A DNA stretch of 63,833 nt, filler included, from Guillardia theta CCMP2712 (lineage: Eukaryota; Protista; Cryptophyta): assembly GCF_000315625.1 (NCBI RefSeq). It is 5 parts of 5 records of this genome, joined end to end, with 100 filler letters (N's around TTAATTAATTAA, not from the genome) between each part and the next. Parts side by side here need not be neighbours in the genome. Positions count along the whole stretch, not along the records: positions 1 to 31,894 come from NW_005434559.1; 4 more parts are not named here. The stretch is one strand, 5' to 3'. Below, piece by piece: positions 1-11,110 of the stretch; position 1 is the stretch's first letter; each line of letters starts with the position of its first letter. The notes below the pieces were generated by a model. The model searched no databases, was not told the origin of the DNA, and was given only the letters and a program-made list of their open reading frames with translations. The position numbers and the translations under genes are program-made.

Positions 1-116
1 TCCTCCCTCCTCCTCCTCCTCCCTCGTCTTCCTCCTCTTCCTCCGCCTCTCCCTCCGCCTCCTCTCCTCTTCTTCCTCTTTCTCCTCTTTCTCCTCTTTC
101 TCCTCCTCCTGTCTAC

Positions 117-249
117 CTGTACAAGTGCTCCACTCTCAAGCTCATTGAACAGCACCAGCGTCGCTGTTGCCTCTTGCTCGGCTGCCGTCGCTTTCACCAC
201 TTCCATCGACGTTGAAAGCTGAAGGTGCCGTGAGCTTGTGAAGGTAACC

Positions 250-280
<31 letters not shown>

Positions 281-3200
281 TCCATCATCATCATCATCAT
301 CTCCATCATCATCGCCATCATCATCATCACCATCATCATCATTATTATCTCCAACAATCTCCATCCTCCCTCCACACATTCATCTCCCTTTTCCTTCTTG
401 TTTTCTCTTCCTCTCCTTCTCTTTCCTCGTCACTTACCTGGACGGACGCGACGTAGTGCAGGGGAGGAGCAGGGAGGGAGGGAGATCGCTGCGTGCTGGT
501 CACCTCAAGCGCTAGAGGAGCAGGAGAACCTGACGGCGAAGCTGCGCGAGGAGCATCATGGACGTCACGATCCTGCGACGAGTGAGAGGAGGAGGGAGAG
601 ACTGCGAGACAAGAGGAGGAGCGAAGGTGCAGGTGGAGGAAGAATTGGGGGAGGAGGGAGGAGGAGAGAGTAGCGGGGAGGGAGGAGGAGGAGGAGGAGA
701 GGGTGAAGACCTGGCGTCGCTTTCAGCGAGGATAGCGTCGTTGACATGATACTCGAGGATGACGACAGTTGTCAACTTGTCGATGGGGATGCGAGCCTGA
801 GGGAGGAGAAGAGAGGAAGAGGAGGAGGAGGAGGAGGAGGGAGGAGGAGGAGAGGGAGGAGGAGGATGATGAAGAGGGAGGGAGGAAGATGAGGAGGAAG
901 AGGAANNNNNNNNNNNNNNNNNNNNNNNNNNNNNNNNNNNNNNNNNNNNNNNNNNNNNNNNNNNNNNNNNNNNNNNNNNNNNNNNNNNNNNNNNNNNNNN
1001 NNNNNTCCTCCCTCCCTCCCTCCCTCCCCTCCCCTCCCCTCCCTCCCTCCCTCCCTCCCTTCCTTCCTCCTCCTCCTCCTCCTCATTGTTGTCTTGTCGT
1101 GTTGTCACCTCGAGTTTTTCGGGAAAGGAGGAGGCGATTGAGTCAGGAAGACAATCTTGGAACCTGCAAGACGCTAAAGACTGTGAGAGAAAAGAAACGA
1201 GGAAGAGAAGAGGAAACGAGGAGAGGGAAGGAAGAGGGAGAAACAAGTAAGAGGGGGGGAGCGGCTAGAACAGAAAAGATTACTGGGGTATCGAAGAGGA
1301 GGAAAAGATCATTTTGGTTGTAGAAGTTGAGAACAAGGATATGATGTACTGATTTGTTGCTATCCTGCACACATTTCAGCCTCCGCTCTCCCTCATCCAC
1401 ATGTTGAGCATTTCCCTCCTCCTCCCCATCACCTCCACTTGTCGAGGCCAGTCATGCTCGACCTCAGCTCTGCTTCAGCGTCAGTTCGCGCTTGGGAGGA
1501 GGGAGGAGGAGACGCGTTCTGGTGGATTGAGAGAAAGGAAGGGATCGGCTTCCGAAGACAAAAGATCGACCTAAAGCAGCAGTAAAAGGAGGGTGGAACC
1601 AGGAGCAAAGAAGAGGAGGAGAGGAGGAGAGGAGGGAGGAGAGCGATTAAGGGAAACGAGTGGAAAAATTCCACAGGATACAAGAGAACAGGGCGGAACG
1701 GCAGAAGCAAGAGAAGGAGGAGAGAGGATGGAGCAGGAGCAGGAGAGGAAAGGAGTGAAGATGCAGCCGACGATTCCATCACTTGTTGTGGGTGAGGAGG
1801 ATGACGCGAGCGTTGAGAGGAAGAGTCGCGTCAGAGTTGAGCAGCATGGGGTCCATCGACACGCGCTGCTCCTTCCCCTCCTCTTCCATCACCCATCCCA
1901 GCATGACGCCATCGGAGAAGTACTTGTCAAGCTCCCGGACTGCCGCCTCCTCGTTACATCCCTCCTGCTCCAGCTGCCGCTACTCACTAGGAACCTCTTG
2001 CAACCAGGGGCACCGCCACATGCTGTGCAAGTAGATCTCTGCTCCTGTCGCCTGCGGGTACATGACAACCAGACATGAGACAAGGATGGAGGGGGGAGAG
2101 AGAGGAGAGGAGAGAGGAAGGGAGAGGAGAGGAGAGGAGAGGAGAGGAGAGGAGAGAGGAAGGGAGAGGAGAGGAAGGGAGAGGAGAGGAGAGGAGAGGA
2201 GAGGAAGGGAGAGGGAGGGGAAGGGAGAGGAATGAACTACTTGATCAAGAATCTCCTGATACACCTGATTCAGGAGGTCATACGCGAAAGGGAGGAGCAC
2301 AAGGAGGGAGCAGCAAAACAGAAACACCAGCAACACCAGCAACACCAGCAACACCAGCAACACCAGCAACACCAGCAACACCAGCAACACCAGCAACACC
2401 AGCAACACCAGCAACACCAGCAACACCAGCAACACCAGCAACACCAGCAACACCAGCAACACCAGCAACACCAGCAACACCAGCAACACCAGCAACACCA
2501 GCAACACCAGCAACACCAGCAACACCAGCAACACCAGCAACACCAGCAACACCAGCAACACCAGCAACACCAGCAACACCAGCAACACCAGCAACACCAG
2601 CAACACCAGCAACACCAGCAACACCAGCAACACCAGCAACACCAGCAACACCAGCAACACCAGCAACACCAGCAACACCAGCAACACCAGCAACACCAGC
2701 AACACCAGCAACACCAGCAACACCAGCAACACCAGCAACACCAGCAACACCAGCAACACCAGCAACACCAGCACCAGCAAGTCAGACCTCTGCTATCCCT
2801 GGCTGCATGGCGGACATGGTGAGGACTCGATCTTCGAAGGACTTGGAGGAAAGGAAAGTGAAGCCCAGGACAGGGTCAGGAGCCTGCGCCTGCGCCACCT
2901 GCACAATCCCATGCACATCCTCGCGGTTCTTCCCCAGCTTCCTCCCTCCCTGCTCGATCTCTACCAGCGCCTGCACGCATGCCACTTGCGTGCTGACGTA
3001 GTTGCGCACCTCCTCCACAGAGAAGTTCATGGAGGAGGTCCAAGTTGGAGAGGAGGAGGAGGAGGAGGAGGAGGAAGAGAGGGCAGTGGAGTTGTCGGGC
3101 TGTGGCTGTAGGATGAGGATGTGACGAGCTTGCCCTGCTGAAACTTTGATGAGATCCCGGAGGGAGGACGGATTTCCCGTGCGCACTATCACTCTCCTCG

Positions 3201-4038
3201 AGACTGGCCCGAGCTCTTCCTCCAGCTGCTGCCGGACTTTCGCTTGTTCCCTCGCTGTAAGGACTACGATGGGTCGCCGCTGGATGCCGTCCTTGTAGGC
3301 AGAGAGGATCTGCCGGAGGACAGGCAGGAGAGAAGAGCTCCAGTTGAGCACTAGGATATGCCCTTCCTCTATCACCCGATGGTTCGCGGCGAGCACTCGG
3401 AACAACGCTACCTGCATGCCGGAGGAGACGACGCCGAGGGCGACGGCGAAGGTGAAGATGCCGGTGATGAAGAGGCTGTTGGCGATAAGGAGAGCTCCGG
3501 CTGTCTCTCCCTCCACCACCGACACGCCGGGAGCATTGTTGAGCAGCGTGTACGCGCGGAAGAAAGCGTGAGGCCAAGACAAGGAGGAGGAGCCGTGCCA
3601 CTTCACCAGCACGCCTCCGAGCATGACGAGGACCCATGAGAAAGCGACTAGCGAGCTGAGCTTCATGAAGATAGAAGCTTCTAGAAGCTGATCGAGCTTG
3701 TAGCTCAACACGTCCTTCACTCGCTGTACCACTGGCGTCACTCTCCTCCTTATCGCTTTCCGCATCTTGGTCAAGGAGTTGTCCTCTAAGACAGAAGATG
3801 TCTTCCTGCTTGTGGTCGTTCGATTTCCCTTCCTCCATGTCTCCTGCACAGCGTAAGAGTTCATCAGCGTCAGAGCAGCGTACCGAAGGTAAACCTCCGG
3901 CTTGAGGGCAGACCACAAGGCACAAGACCATGAAGATGAGTGGAAGGAGAACGCGAGACGTTCGCATCCATCCTTGCCATCTCGATGAACAAACAGGAAG
4001 AGAGCTTTCACATGTTCCATGACTTTGACCACTACCAT
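117..4038 (-). CDS. CASTOR/POLLUX (DMI1)-like ion channel with RCK domains, multi-exon; 3' end runs off the window start
   Basis: ORF 2782..4038 has TM segments and a pore region ([10 protein letters not shown]...[13 protein letters not shown]), then RCK-type GHILVLNWS and [28 protein letters not shown]. Downstream exons encode [26 protein letters not shown] and [13 protein letters not shown] before a GT donor at ~116. True start uncertain. Confidence 0.8.
250..346. repeat. (CAT)n microsatellite, intronic
   Basis: Direct inspection; explains the poly-H/M/D ORFs. Confidence 0.95.
2325..2778. repeat. (CACCAGCAA)n 9-bp tandem repeat, about 50 copies, inside a POLLUX-like intron
   Basis: Near-perfect 9-bp unit between the MQPGIAE exon and the VYQEILDQ exon. 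Confidence 0.95.
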
Positions 4039-4532
4039 CCCTTCCTCCTCCTCCTCCTCCTCCTCCTCCTCCTCTTCCGCACATTGAACTTCGGAACAGT
4101 CCCTTTCCTGTACTTGATCCTTGTCCTGGTCCTCATCCCCCGCAGAAACCGTTGCAGACCGTTACTGTCACCGTTGCTACTGCCGTTGAAGACTACGGGT
4201 AGCAACTGACGAACAGATTGTTTGATGTAACCGATGATAACGGACAAGGAATGCCAATGGCCTGCGCCCTGGAGAGAAGAGGAGAGGGTAGGAGAGGGTA
4301 GGAAGAGGGTAGGAAGAGGGGAGGGGAGGAGAGGAGAGGAGAGGAGAGGAGAGGAGAGGAGAGGAGAGGAGAGGAGAGGAGAGGAGAGGAGAGGAGAGCC
4401 AGGGCAGGAAGGCACATTCTGCAGCTGAGGACTCGAAGCTGCGACAAGGGCGAGAAGGGGACGGATGATAAATCAGGTTGTACTCGTCAGGCAGGCAGAG
4501 GTTTGATCCCCAGGAGCCCGTGAGAGCTCAAC

Positions 4533-7500
4533 ATGGCGGTTCGAAGTCGAGAGTCCAAGGAGACGATCCAGACGAGCTCTTCGACCCTGCGCATCCTCTA
4601 CTGGATTGTTCAAGTTCTCATCGCGCGAGTGAACCCGCTGCTCGACTCCTTCATCTTCCTCGCGCTCGCCTTCATCCTTTCCCTCGCTGGCCACACCTAC
4701 CAGGACGTGTACGGGACCAGGCAGCTCTTGAGCACCTTCCAGACAAGAATCATGGGGCGCTCGCAGCCCTCCTCCAGATGGAACAAGACGAGCGGGGTGA
4801 GGATGGAGGCGAGGAAGAGGAGCGAGGAGGAGGAGGAGGAGGAGGAGACGGGGTTGTGCTGACACCTGCTGGTGTAGTTTGTATTCTTCGACGACATCAC
4901 GCAGGAGGAGAACTTCTGGGATTACTTGGAGAATTATCTACCGGACGCTCTCTACCCTCCTGTCCCAGCTCTCGGCCCGCAGAGCATGAGTAAGACGGCA
5001 AGGAGGGGAGGAGCTGTAAACTCATTCTCGCTGCTCGCGCAGAAAGGCTCTACGACTTCAACGTGATAGTCCAGCGAGTTCGCATGCGGCAGAAGCGCGT
5101 GCTGCCGTCTCCCTGCGGTGACATCCCCCCACGCCTCGACTCCTCCGCCATGCCCGGCATCAAAGGTCAGAGTCGCTCCCTCCCGCCTCTTCTAAGCTTC
5201 AACGCAGGCAGCTTGTGCTACCCGCCTTACTCGCCAGGAGCGGAGGACAAGGGGGTGTGGCAGGGGGTGCAGTGGCAGTCAGCTTCTGCCCTGGGGCTCT
5301 CGTACAGGAACCCCTTGCAGTACAAGTACCAGGGGGGCAGCTTCGCCATCGAGATGCAGCAGAACTTCACGTCCTTCAAGCAGCAGGTGCGGACGCTGAG
5401 AGCCGCTCGCTGGACTGACGCGGGCACGCGCGTTGTGTTCATCGACCTGGTGGCTCTGAATCCCGCAGGAGATCAGTTTGTGTCTGCTCGCTACCAGTTC
5501 GACTTCGGAGTGTTCGGAGGAGTGAGCGCGAGCGTGCGACTCCGAGCCTTCCGAGATCGCTTCACTCATGCCTTCGTCATCGACGCCTTGAACATCGGGG
5601 CTGAGTCGATGCTGTACGCTGTCCTCTTCGTCAACATCTTCCGCGAGTTTGGCCGACTGAGAGCGTTCGGAGTGTGGCAGTACCTCGGGAACTTCTGGAA
5701 CTTGCTCGTCACCCTCTGTCTTGTCTTCCTCCTCGTCTCCATGACCTTTCGGGTCTTCGTCGTCCGTCCGGCATGGAACAACGCTGAGATGAGCGTGAGC
5801 TCGTGGCAGTGGGATGCCTTCGATCAGTTCAACCTCGTGTGGGACTGGGACCTGCTGGGAGAGAACGAGTCGTTCATTGTGAGGTTTCAAGCCCTCGCGC
5901 TCGTCACGGCATACATCAGAATCTTCGGGTTCATGCAGTTCTTTAGCAGAAAGCTCGACGACTTCATCACCTCCTTGTCTCATGCCAAGAGCAACTTGCT
6001 CGCCTTCCTGGTCATGATGACCATCCTGGTCATGACCTTCTCTGTTGGGTTCATGGTTGCCTTTGGGGATGAGAACGCCAACTTCTCCTCCTTTGCTGGC
6101 ACCTTGCTCTCCCTCTCGGAGATTCAGTTCGGGAATTGGAATCCGGCCTCCTTGTCCACCAAGACCTCTCTGCTCACGGCCTCGCTCATGCTCTCCTTCT
6201 ACTCCCTCCTGATGCTCCTCTCCGCCAGCGCCATCCTTGCGCTCATCAACTGGGCGACGCGCGAGGTGACTCACGGCAACGTGGAGCGAGAGACTGCCGA
6301 TGAGGAGGGAAACCTCAAGATTCAGATTCGCATCGGGCTGGCCCGTGTCCTCAACACCAGATTCTTCTCCTTCCTGTGCGGGCGGTCGTTGCTGATCCAC
6401 TACCTGCTGAGCTTCCAACACAAGAAGGCTCAGAGGATTGTAGGCGAAGAGACTGACGAGTGGGACGAGGAGCCCGTCCTCAACCGAGCCAAGAAGGCCT
6501 TCCGATCGCTCGTGCAAGAGACGCAGGACTTCAACGATGGGGTAGACAAGCTCTGCTCCTGCTTCGGCGTTGAGCACCTGGAGATCGCCAATCGCTGGCA
6601 GAAAGAGAACCTCTGGCGGAAGATCAGGAACGAGCAGCAGCAGCGAGTGTTCGAGCAGATGCTGGAAGGGCTGGTGGAGGGTCGAATCGATGCCGTGGTT
6701 CAGCAGTGCAAGCGATGGCGACAAGACTCGAGGGAGTCTGAGTCCAAGGGGAACCTGCACGAGCAGGACTGGAGGGACCAGGACGGGTTCTCCCTCCTCC
6801 ACGTGGCCTCCCTGCAGGGCAACCCAGACGCCGTCCTGAAGCTCCTCGACCTCGGCGCAGACCCCAACGCGAGGAACGACGAGGGCAACTCGTGTCTGCA
6901 CATCGCGGCGCTGAGCGGACAGCTGAACGCCTGTCGGGTGCTGACGGAAGGAGGAGCAGACTGCAACGTCGTCAACGCCAACTCTCTGACCCCCCTGCAC
7001 ATCGCAGCCTACGCGGGTCAAACTCCCGTGCTGAAGTTCCTCGTGGAAGAGTGCCGGGCTGACGCGAGCAAGGTGACGAGCGAGGGCCTCAGCGCCCTCC
7101 ACCTCGCGGTGCTGCAGGGCCACGCGAGTGCCTGCCGCCTGCTCGCGGAGTCATGCGACCTGCTCAACGTGCGGTCAAACGGAGGAGAGACTCCGCTGCA
7201 CTGCGCGGTGCTGAGCAGGCAGAACATCGAGATCGTGCGGATCCTCCTCAAGGCCGGGGCGAAGGTGGCGGGTAAGATGTACGACGGGAACAACGCGTAC
7301 CAGGCAGCTGTGGAGCATGAGAGCCCGCCAGCTATCCGACGGATGCTGCTCAAGGTGCTGCAGATGGGAGATGACTACCTGAGGGCGATGGGAAGCCTGG
7401 AAGAGAAGGCGGTGGGGATCAGCATGATCAAGTTCGTGGTGAGTGGAAGGACGAAGGAGCTCTTGGACCTGATCAACGAAGGTGCTGACGTGGACGCTGT

Positions 7501-8210
7501 CTTCCCGGGTTGGCTGCGCTCTGCATGCAGCGGTCGCCAACCGAAAGCTTGAGAGCATCTCGACCCTGGTGGAGAACGGGGCAGATCTAAACGTCAGGAA
7601 CGAGGAGGGAGACACGCCGATCCAGCTCGCGGTCCGCCTCGGCCTCTTCGAAGAGTTCCAGCTCATCGCGGACAAGATGACTCTTGACACGTTCCCGCTG
7701 GACGGCAAGGGTAACTCGCTGCTGCACATCGCCTCCAAGAGCTGCAGCAGCATGCAGATCGTCAAGTACCTCATCCGTCACTTCAAGATGGACCCTGCAT
7801 GGAGGAACTTCGAAGGAGCGTCGAGCGTAGATCTTGCCATACAGTCACTGGAGGAAGCAAAGCTCGGGGCCTCTCCTCCCCAGCGAGTCTCGGAGCTCCA
7901 GGCCTTGGTGGAGCATCTTGAGAAGGAGCACGAGGCGTTGGCGGGGGATCTCGTGACGGTGACGCTGCCTGGGCAAGCGGAGGAGGGGCAGGTGCGGGTC
8001 TACTCCAAGAAGATGGTGAAGTTCTTCGAGCGGATTGGGTTGACGAGCATGGCGATCTCATACGCGCAGAAGCTGGCGGAGAACGACGTGGACATGGAGG
8101 GGCTGGGGCTGGTGACGGACGTGCAGCTCAAGGAGCTGGGAATCAACAAGATCGGAGTGAGAAACAAGATCCTGCAAGGCATCCGCGACTGGAAGAAGTA
8201 CCCCGACTAG
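4533..8210 (+). CDS. Polycystin-2 (TRPP/PKD2)-like cation channel with C-terminal ankyrin repeats and SAM domain; apparent frameshift at ~7510
   Basis: VRMRQKRV, LRAARWTDAGTRVVFIDLVALNP and YLGNFWNLL are PKD-channel motifs, followed by the pore ANFSSFAGTLLSLSEIQFGNW. Multiple ankyrin repeats (GNSCLHIAA, TPLHIAAYAG, GETPLHCAV). C-terminal YAQKLAENDVDMEGLGLVTDVQLKELGINKIGVRNKIL is a SAM domain. Confidence 0.85.
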
Positions 8211-8324
8211 CTGTGTGCCATGGCACTGCCCCGTCTCCTCTCTCCCCCTATAGTTTACTAATAAACCATCAAGTGTCAATACCTCAAAGTCTTTTTGGCC
8301 TCAAATGAAAGGGAAGGTAAACCC

Positions 8325-8340
8325 TTTACTCAAAGTTAAG
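8325..8340 (+). repeat. Dispersed TTTACTCAAAGTTAAG motif (short copy)
   Basis: Exact match to the first 16 nt of the copies at 8540, 26234, 50001 and 53391(rc). Confidence 0.9.
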
Positions 8341-8539
8341 GTGTTCCGATCCGCCGGGCCCCGTGGCAATGCATTGAAACCCAGAAGAAGGGTCAGGACA
8401 AACAGCAGCAGCTTCTTCTAGAAGAAGGATCAGGACAAAGAGCGGCAAGGACGGCAAGACCCACTGCGAGATCTATATGCCGAAACAGACGATGTGCCAA
8501 CGGAAAGTGCAGGGCCCCACTACCAACACATTAGAGGCC

Positions 8540-8580
8540 TTTACTCAAAGTTAAGTTAAAAATCAGTACGAGGACAATCA
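8540..8580 (+). repeat. Dispersed 41-bp motif TTTACTCAAAGTTAAGTTAAAAATCAGTACGAGGACAATCA (putative transposon end)
   Basis: Identical to the reverse complement of 53351-53391. Confidence 0.9.
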
Positions 8581-10510
8581 TGTGACTAGAGGAGGCTTTG
8601 CAACTGCTGTATTGACAGAGCAGTACGGTAGCGCAAGGCTCCTGCGAGGAGGACGGCAAGACCCATGCGAGAGCGATACTGCCGAAACAGACGAGCACGC
8701 AAACGATGAAAGCCGGGCCGGTCCCCATACACCGTGACCCCGGGCCGCCCGGTCCCGGACCGGGAGTCCGACTCGGTCCGACTCCGCCGGCCAAGAGAGT
8801 CCAGAGAGAGTCAGGTTGAGTAGTGGTCAGCCAGTTTCGCGGATCCACTGTCTCTTCGCTGCAATGCTGTTGATTTGAGACGATGGTGGAAGGGAAGGGA
8901 ACGAGGAAGGAGCTGCTTGTGCGTGGTGCTGAGACAAGGAGTGAGGGGAAGAGGTGGGGGTGGGAGGGGAGGATTTCAAGCAGAGTCGATTAGGAGGGAG
9001 ACAGAGGAGGGGTCGTAGGAAGTGAATGGGAGTTTTGGAGGGAAGGAGTGAGAAAGAGAACGAGCAGGGTTTAAAGTAGGCAGACGAGGTGGAAGGGAGG
9101 GGAGTAGAAGGGGAGATTGCAGTAACGTAGAGGAAGAGATTCGAGGAGATTGAGGGAATCTCAGTGTTGCTGCCTTGTCTTGAAACCTTCATAAGACTTT
9201 CGTCATGGACAGGTGAACGTCGCCAGATCGATCCGATCTCATGATGCCGCAGAAGAAGCTGCATGAGGCTAGTTTGGTATGTCTCAGACTTCACTCCTTT
9301 GGATAATCCCTTCCCTTCTAGGTTTGCGGGTTTCTGCTCATCATCGCTTGTACCATGTTTGCTCTTGTTGGATATCGGTCATGCGACAAATACCTTTAAA
9401 GTCGAATTGAAATGTGAATCTTCAGGGGTCGGACTGCAAGCAAGCTGCAGACATCTCAGGTGAACCAGAATCTGACTGTGTAGCGTCGCTTACCATGAGC
9501 TGAAGACCTCTCAGATCGCGCAGCTACTCAAGGTAATTTGATTCCTGGTGAAGGTGAAACATGATCGTCCACCTCTCCTCCCAGGCACAGGCCTTGTTCA
9601 ATTCCGAAGCACACCTCGATGAGGTGTTGGCGAAGCGTGAGAGAGCAGCAGACATGCACCTTCTTGTAGTGAATCAACTTGTTGGTTAGCGTTGCATCGA
9701 ACTCTCAAGCTCGATAACGCACAGATTTCTTCGCTGGCAAACAAGGCAAGGCCTCAAGGTTTAGCGCCGGCGTGTGTCTGATGAGCCTGGCAGGTAGCGA
9801 AGGACCGCAAGCGGCTTTCCAGTCTCAACGATCGGATTCGGTGACGGCCGACGTGGAGGGTCAACGCTGAGACTGAGGCAGGAGGGTCAACGAGGGCATG
9901 CGAGACATCGTGCGAGCGGGTGAGCTTCGCGTGGCGTAGCAGCTTCGACTCTGCGAGATGCTGACGACTTGCTTGCAAGGCTATCGGGTGGACGTGCGGC
10001 AGGGGCACGTAGAGGAGGTCGCTGCTCCTTCAGTCGCCGGTGCCTGCGTGACGCTTGACAGCTTCATCCTTCCTACGCGAGCCTGAGGTGGACCCGAGGC
10101 TTCAGGTCCCCCGGCTCTCTCCGTCTCGTCGGCTGAAACTTCTCGTTTGCAGCGCCGGCGCTTTCGATTTCGCCAACAAGGAACAAGGTGGGGGAAAAAG
10201 ACGGGAAACGAGGAAGTGAAGTGACCGATGGAGACCAGGAGGGCATCTGATCATGCAGGCGCTTTCTTCGCAAGGAAAGGCCTCAGGCTTAAGCCAGCGG
10301 GTCATCTCTTGTTGAATTGCTTCGACCTCCTCTCACCTTCTCTCATACAGCAAAGGATTGCGCTAGCAGATCTTGCCAATTAACACTCTTGTAGTCATGA
10401 AGTGAAGAATTGTAGTTGACATGCCCGTATCAAAGTTATCACCCTCCAAGGTCACTTGCTTGACGCGTTTGTCTCTTTCAGTATCGGGGAGCGTCCGATG
10501 CCCTCAGGAT

Positions 10511-10738
10511 GTTGTGCGAGTGATGGGAAGTTGTGCGAGTGATCGGATGTTGTGCGAGTGATCGGAAGTTGTGCGAGTGATCGGAAGTTGTGCGAGTGAT
10601 CGGAAGTTGTGCGAGTGATCGGAAGTTGTGCGAGTGATCGGAAGTTGTGCGAGTGATCGGATGTTGTGCGAGTGATCGGAAGTTGTGCGAGTGATCGGAT
10701 GTTGTGCGAGTGATCGGATGTTGTGCGATGATCGGATG
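10511..10738. repeat. 19-bp minisatellite GTTGTGCGAGTGATCGGA(A/T), about 12 copies
   Basis: Head-to-tail units with no spacers. Confidence 0.95.
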
Positions 10739-11110
10739 TGATCAGCTCTACCGTAGTGATTATTTCACCTGTTTCGCTGTTTCCGAATCCCTTCACATTT
10801 AAAAACAGTTAACTACAAACTGAATACTAATTTAAAAATACCCTCGCTCTTTGTCTTATAACTTTTCGTAATTTTTTAAAAGTATTTGTACCAAGGAAAT
10901 TTAAAATGGTTGACTTTTACATTGTTGGAAGCGCCAGAAATAGATCATGGCAGCGCTGGAGGTGGGGGAGCGAGAAAAAATGGTGAGAAGAGGAGGAGAG
11001 ATGACGACAGGATATCATGTTGTTGTTGATGTCTCCTCACCAAATCTTCCTTACCATCCTGTCTCCTCTCTATCTCCGTCTGCACAACGAGAATCTTCCT
11101 GACTCCTTTC

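Noticed and set aside
1980-3001. Long PAT/HQQ/VLL repeat ORFs as real proteins
   Set aside because: They arise from a stop-free 9-bp repeat lying in an intron of the POLLUX-like gene.
5279-7123. 614-aa antisense ORF as an overlapping gene
   Set aside because: Shadow ORF of a GC3-rich coding sequence with no recognisable motifs.
9240-10320. Possible multi-exon gene between the PKD gene and the minisatellite
   Set aside because: Short exon-like pieces are present, but I could not assemble a supported model or recognise a family.
10511-10738. CRISPR array
   Set aside because: Units are contiguous with no unique spacers, there are no cas genes, and the context is eukaryotic.
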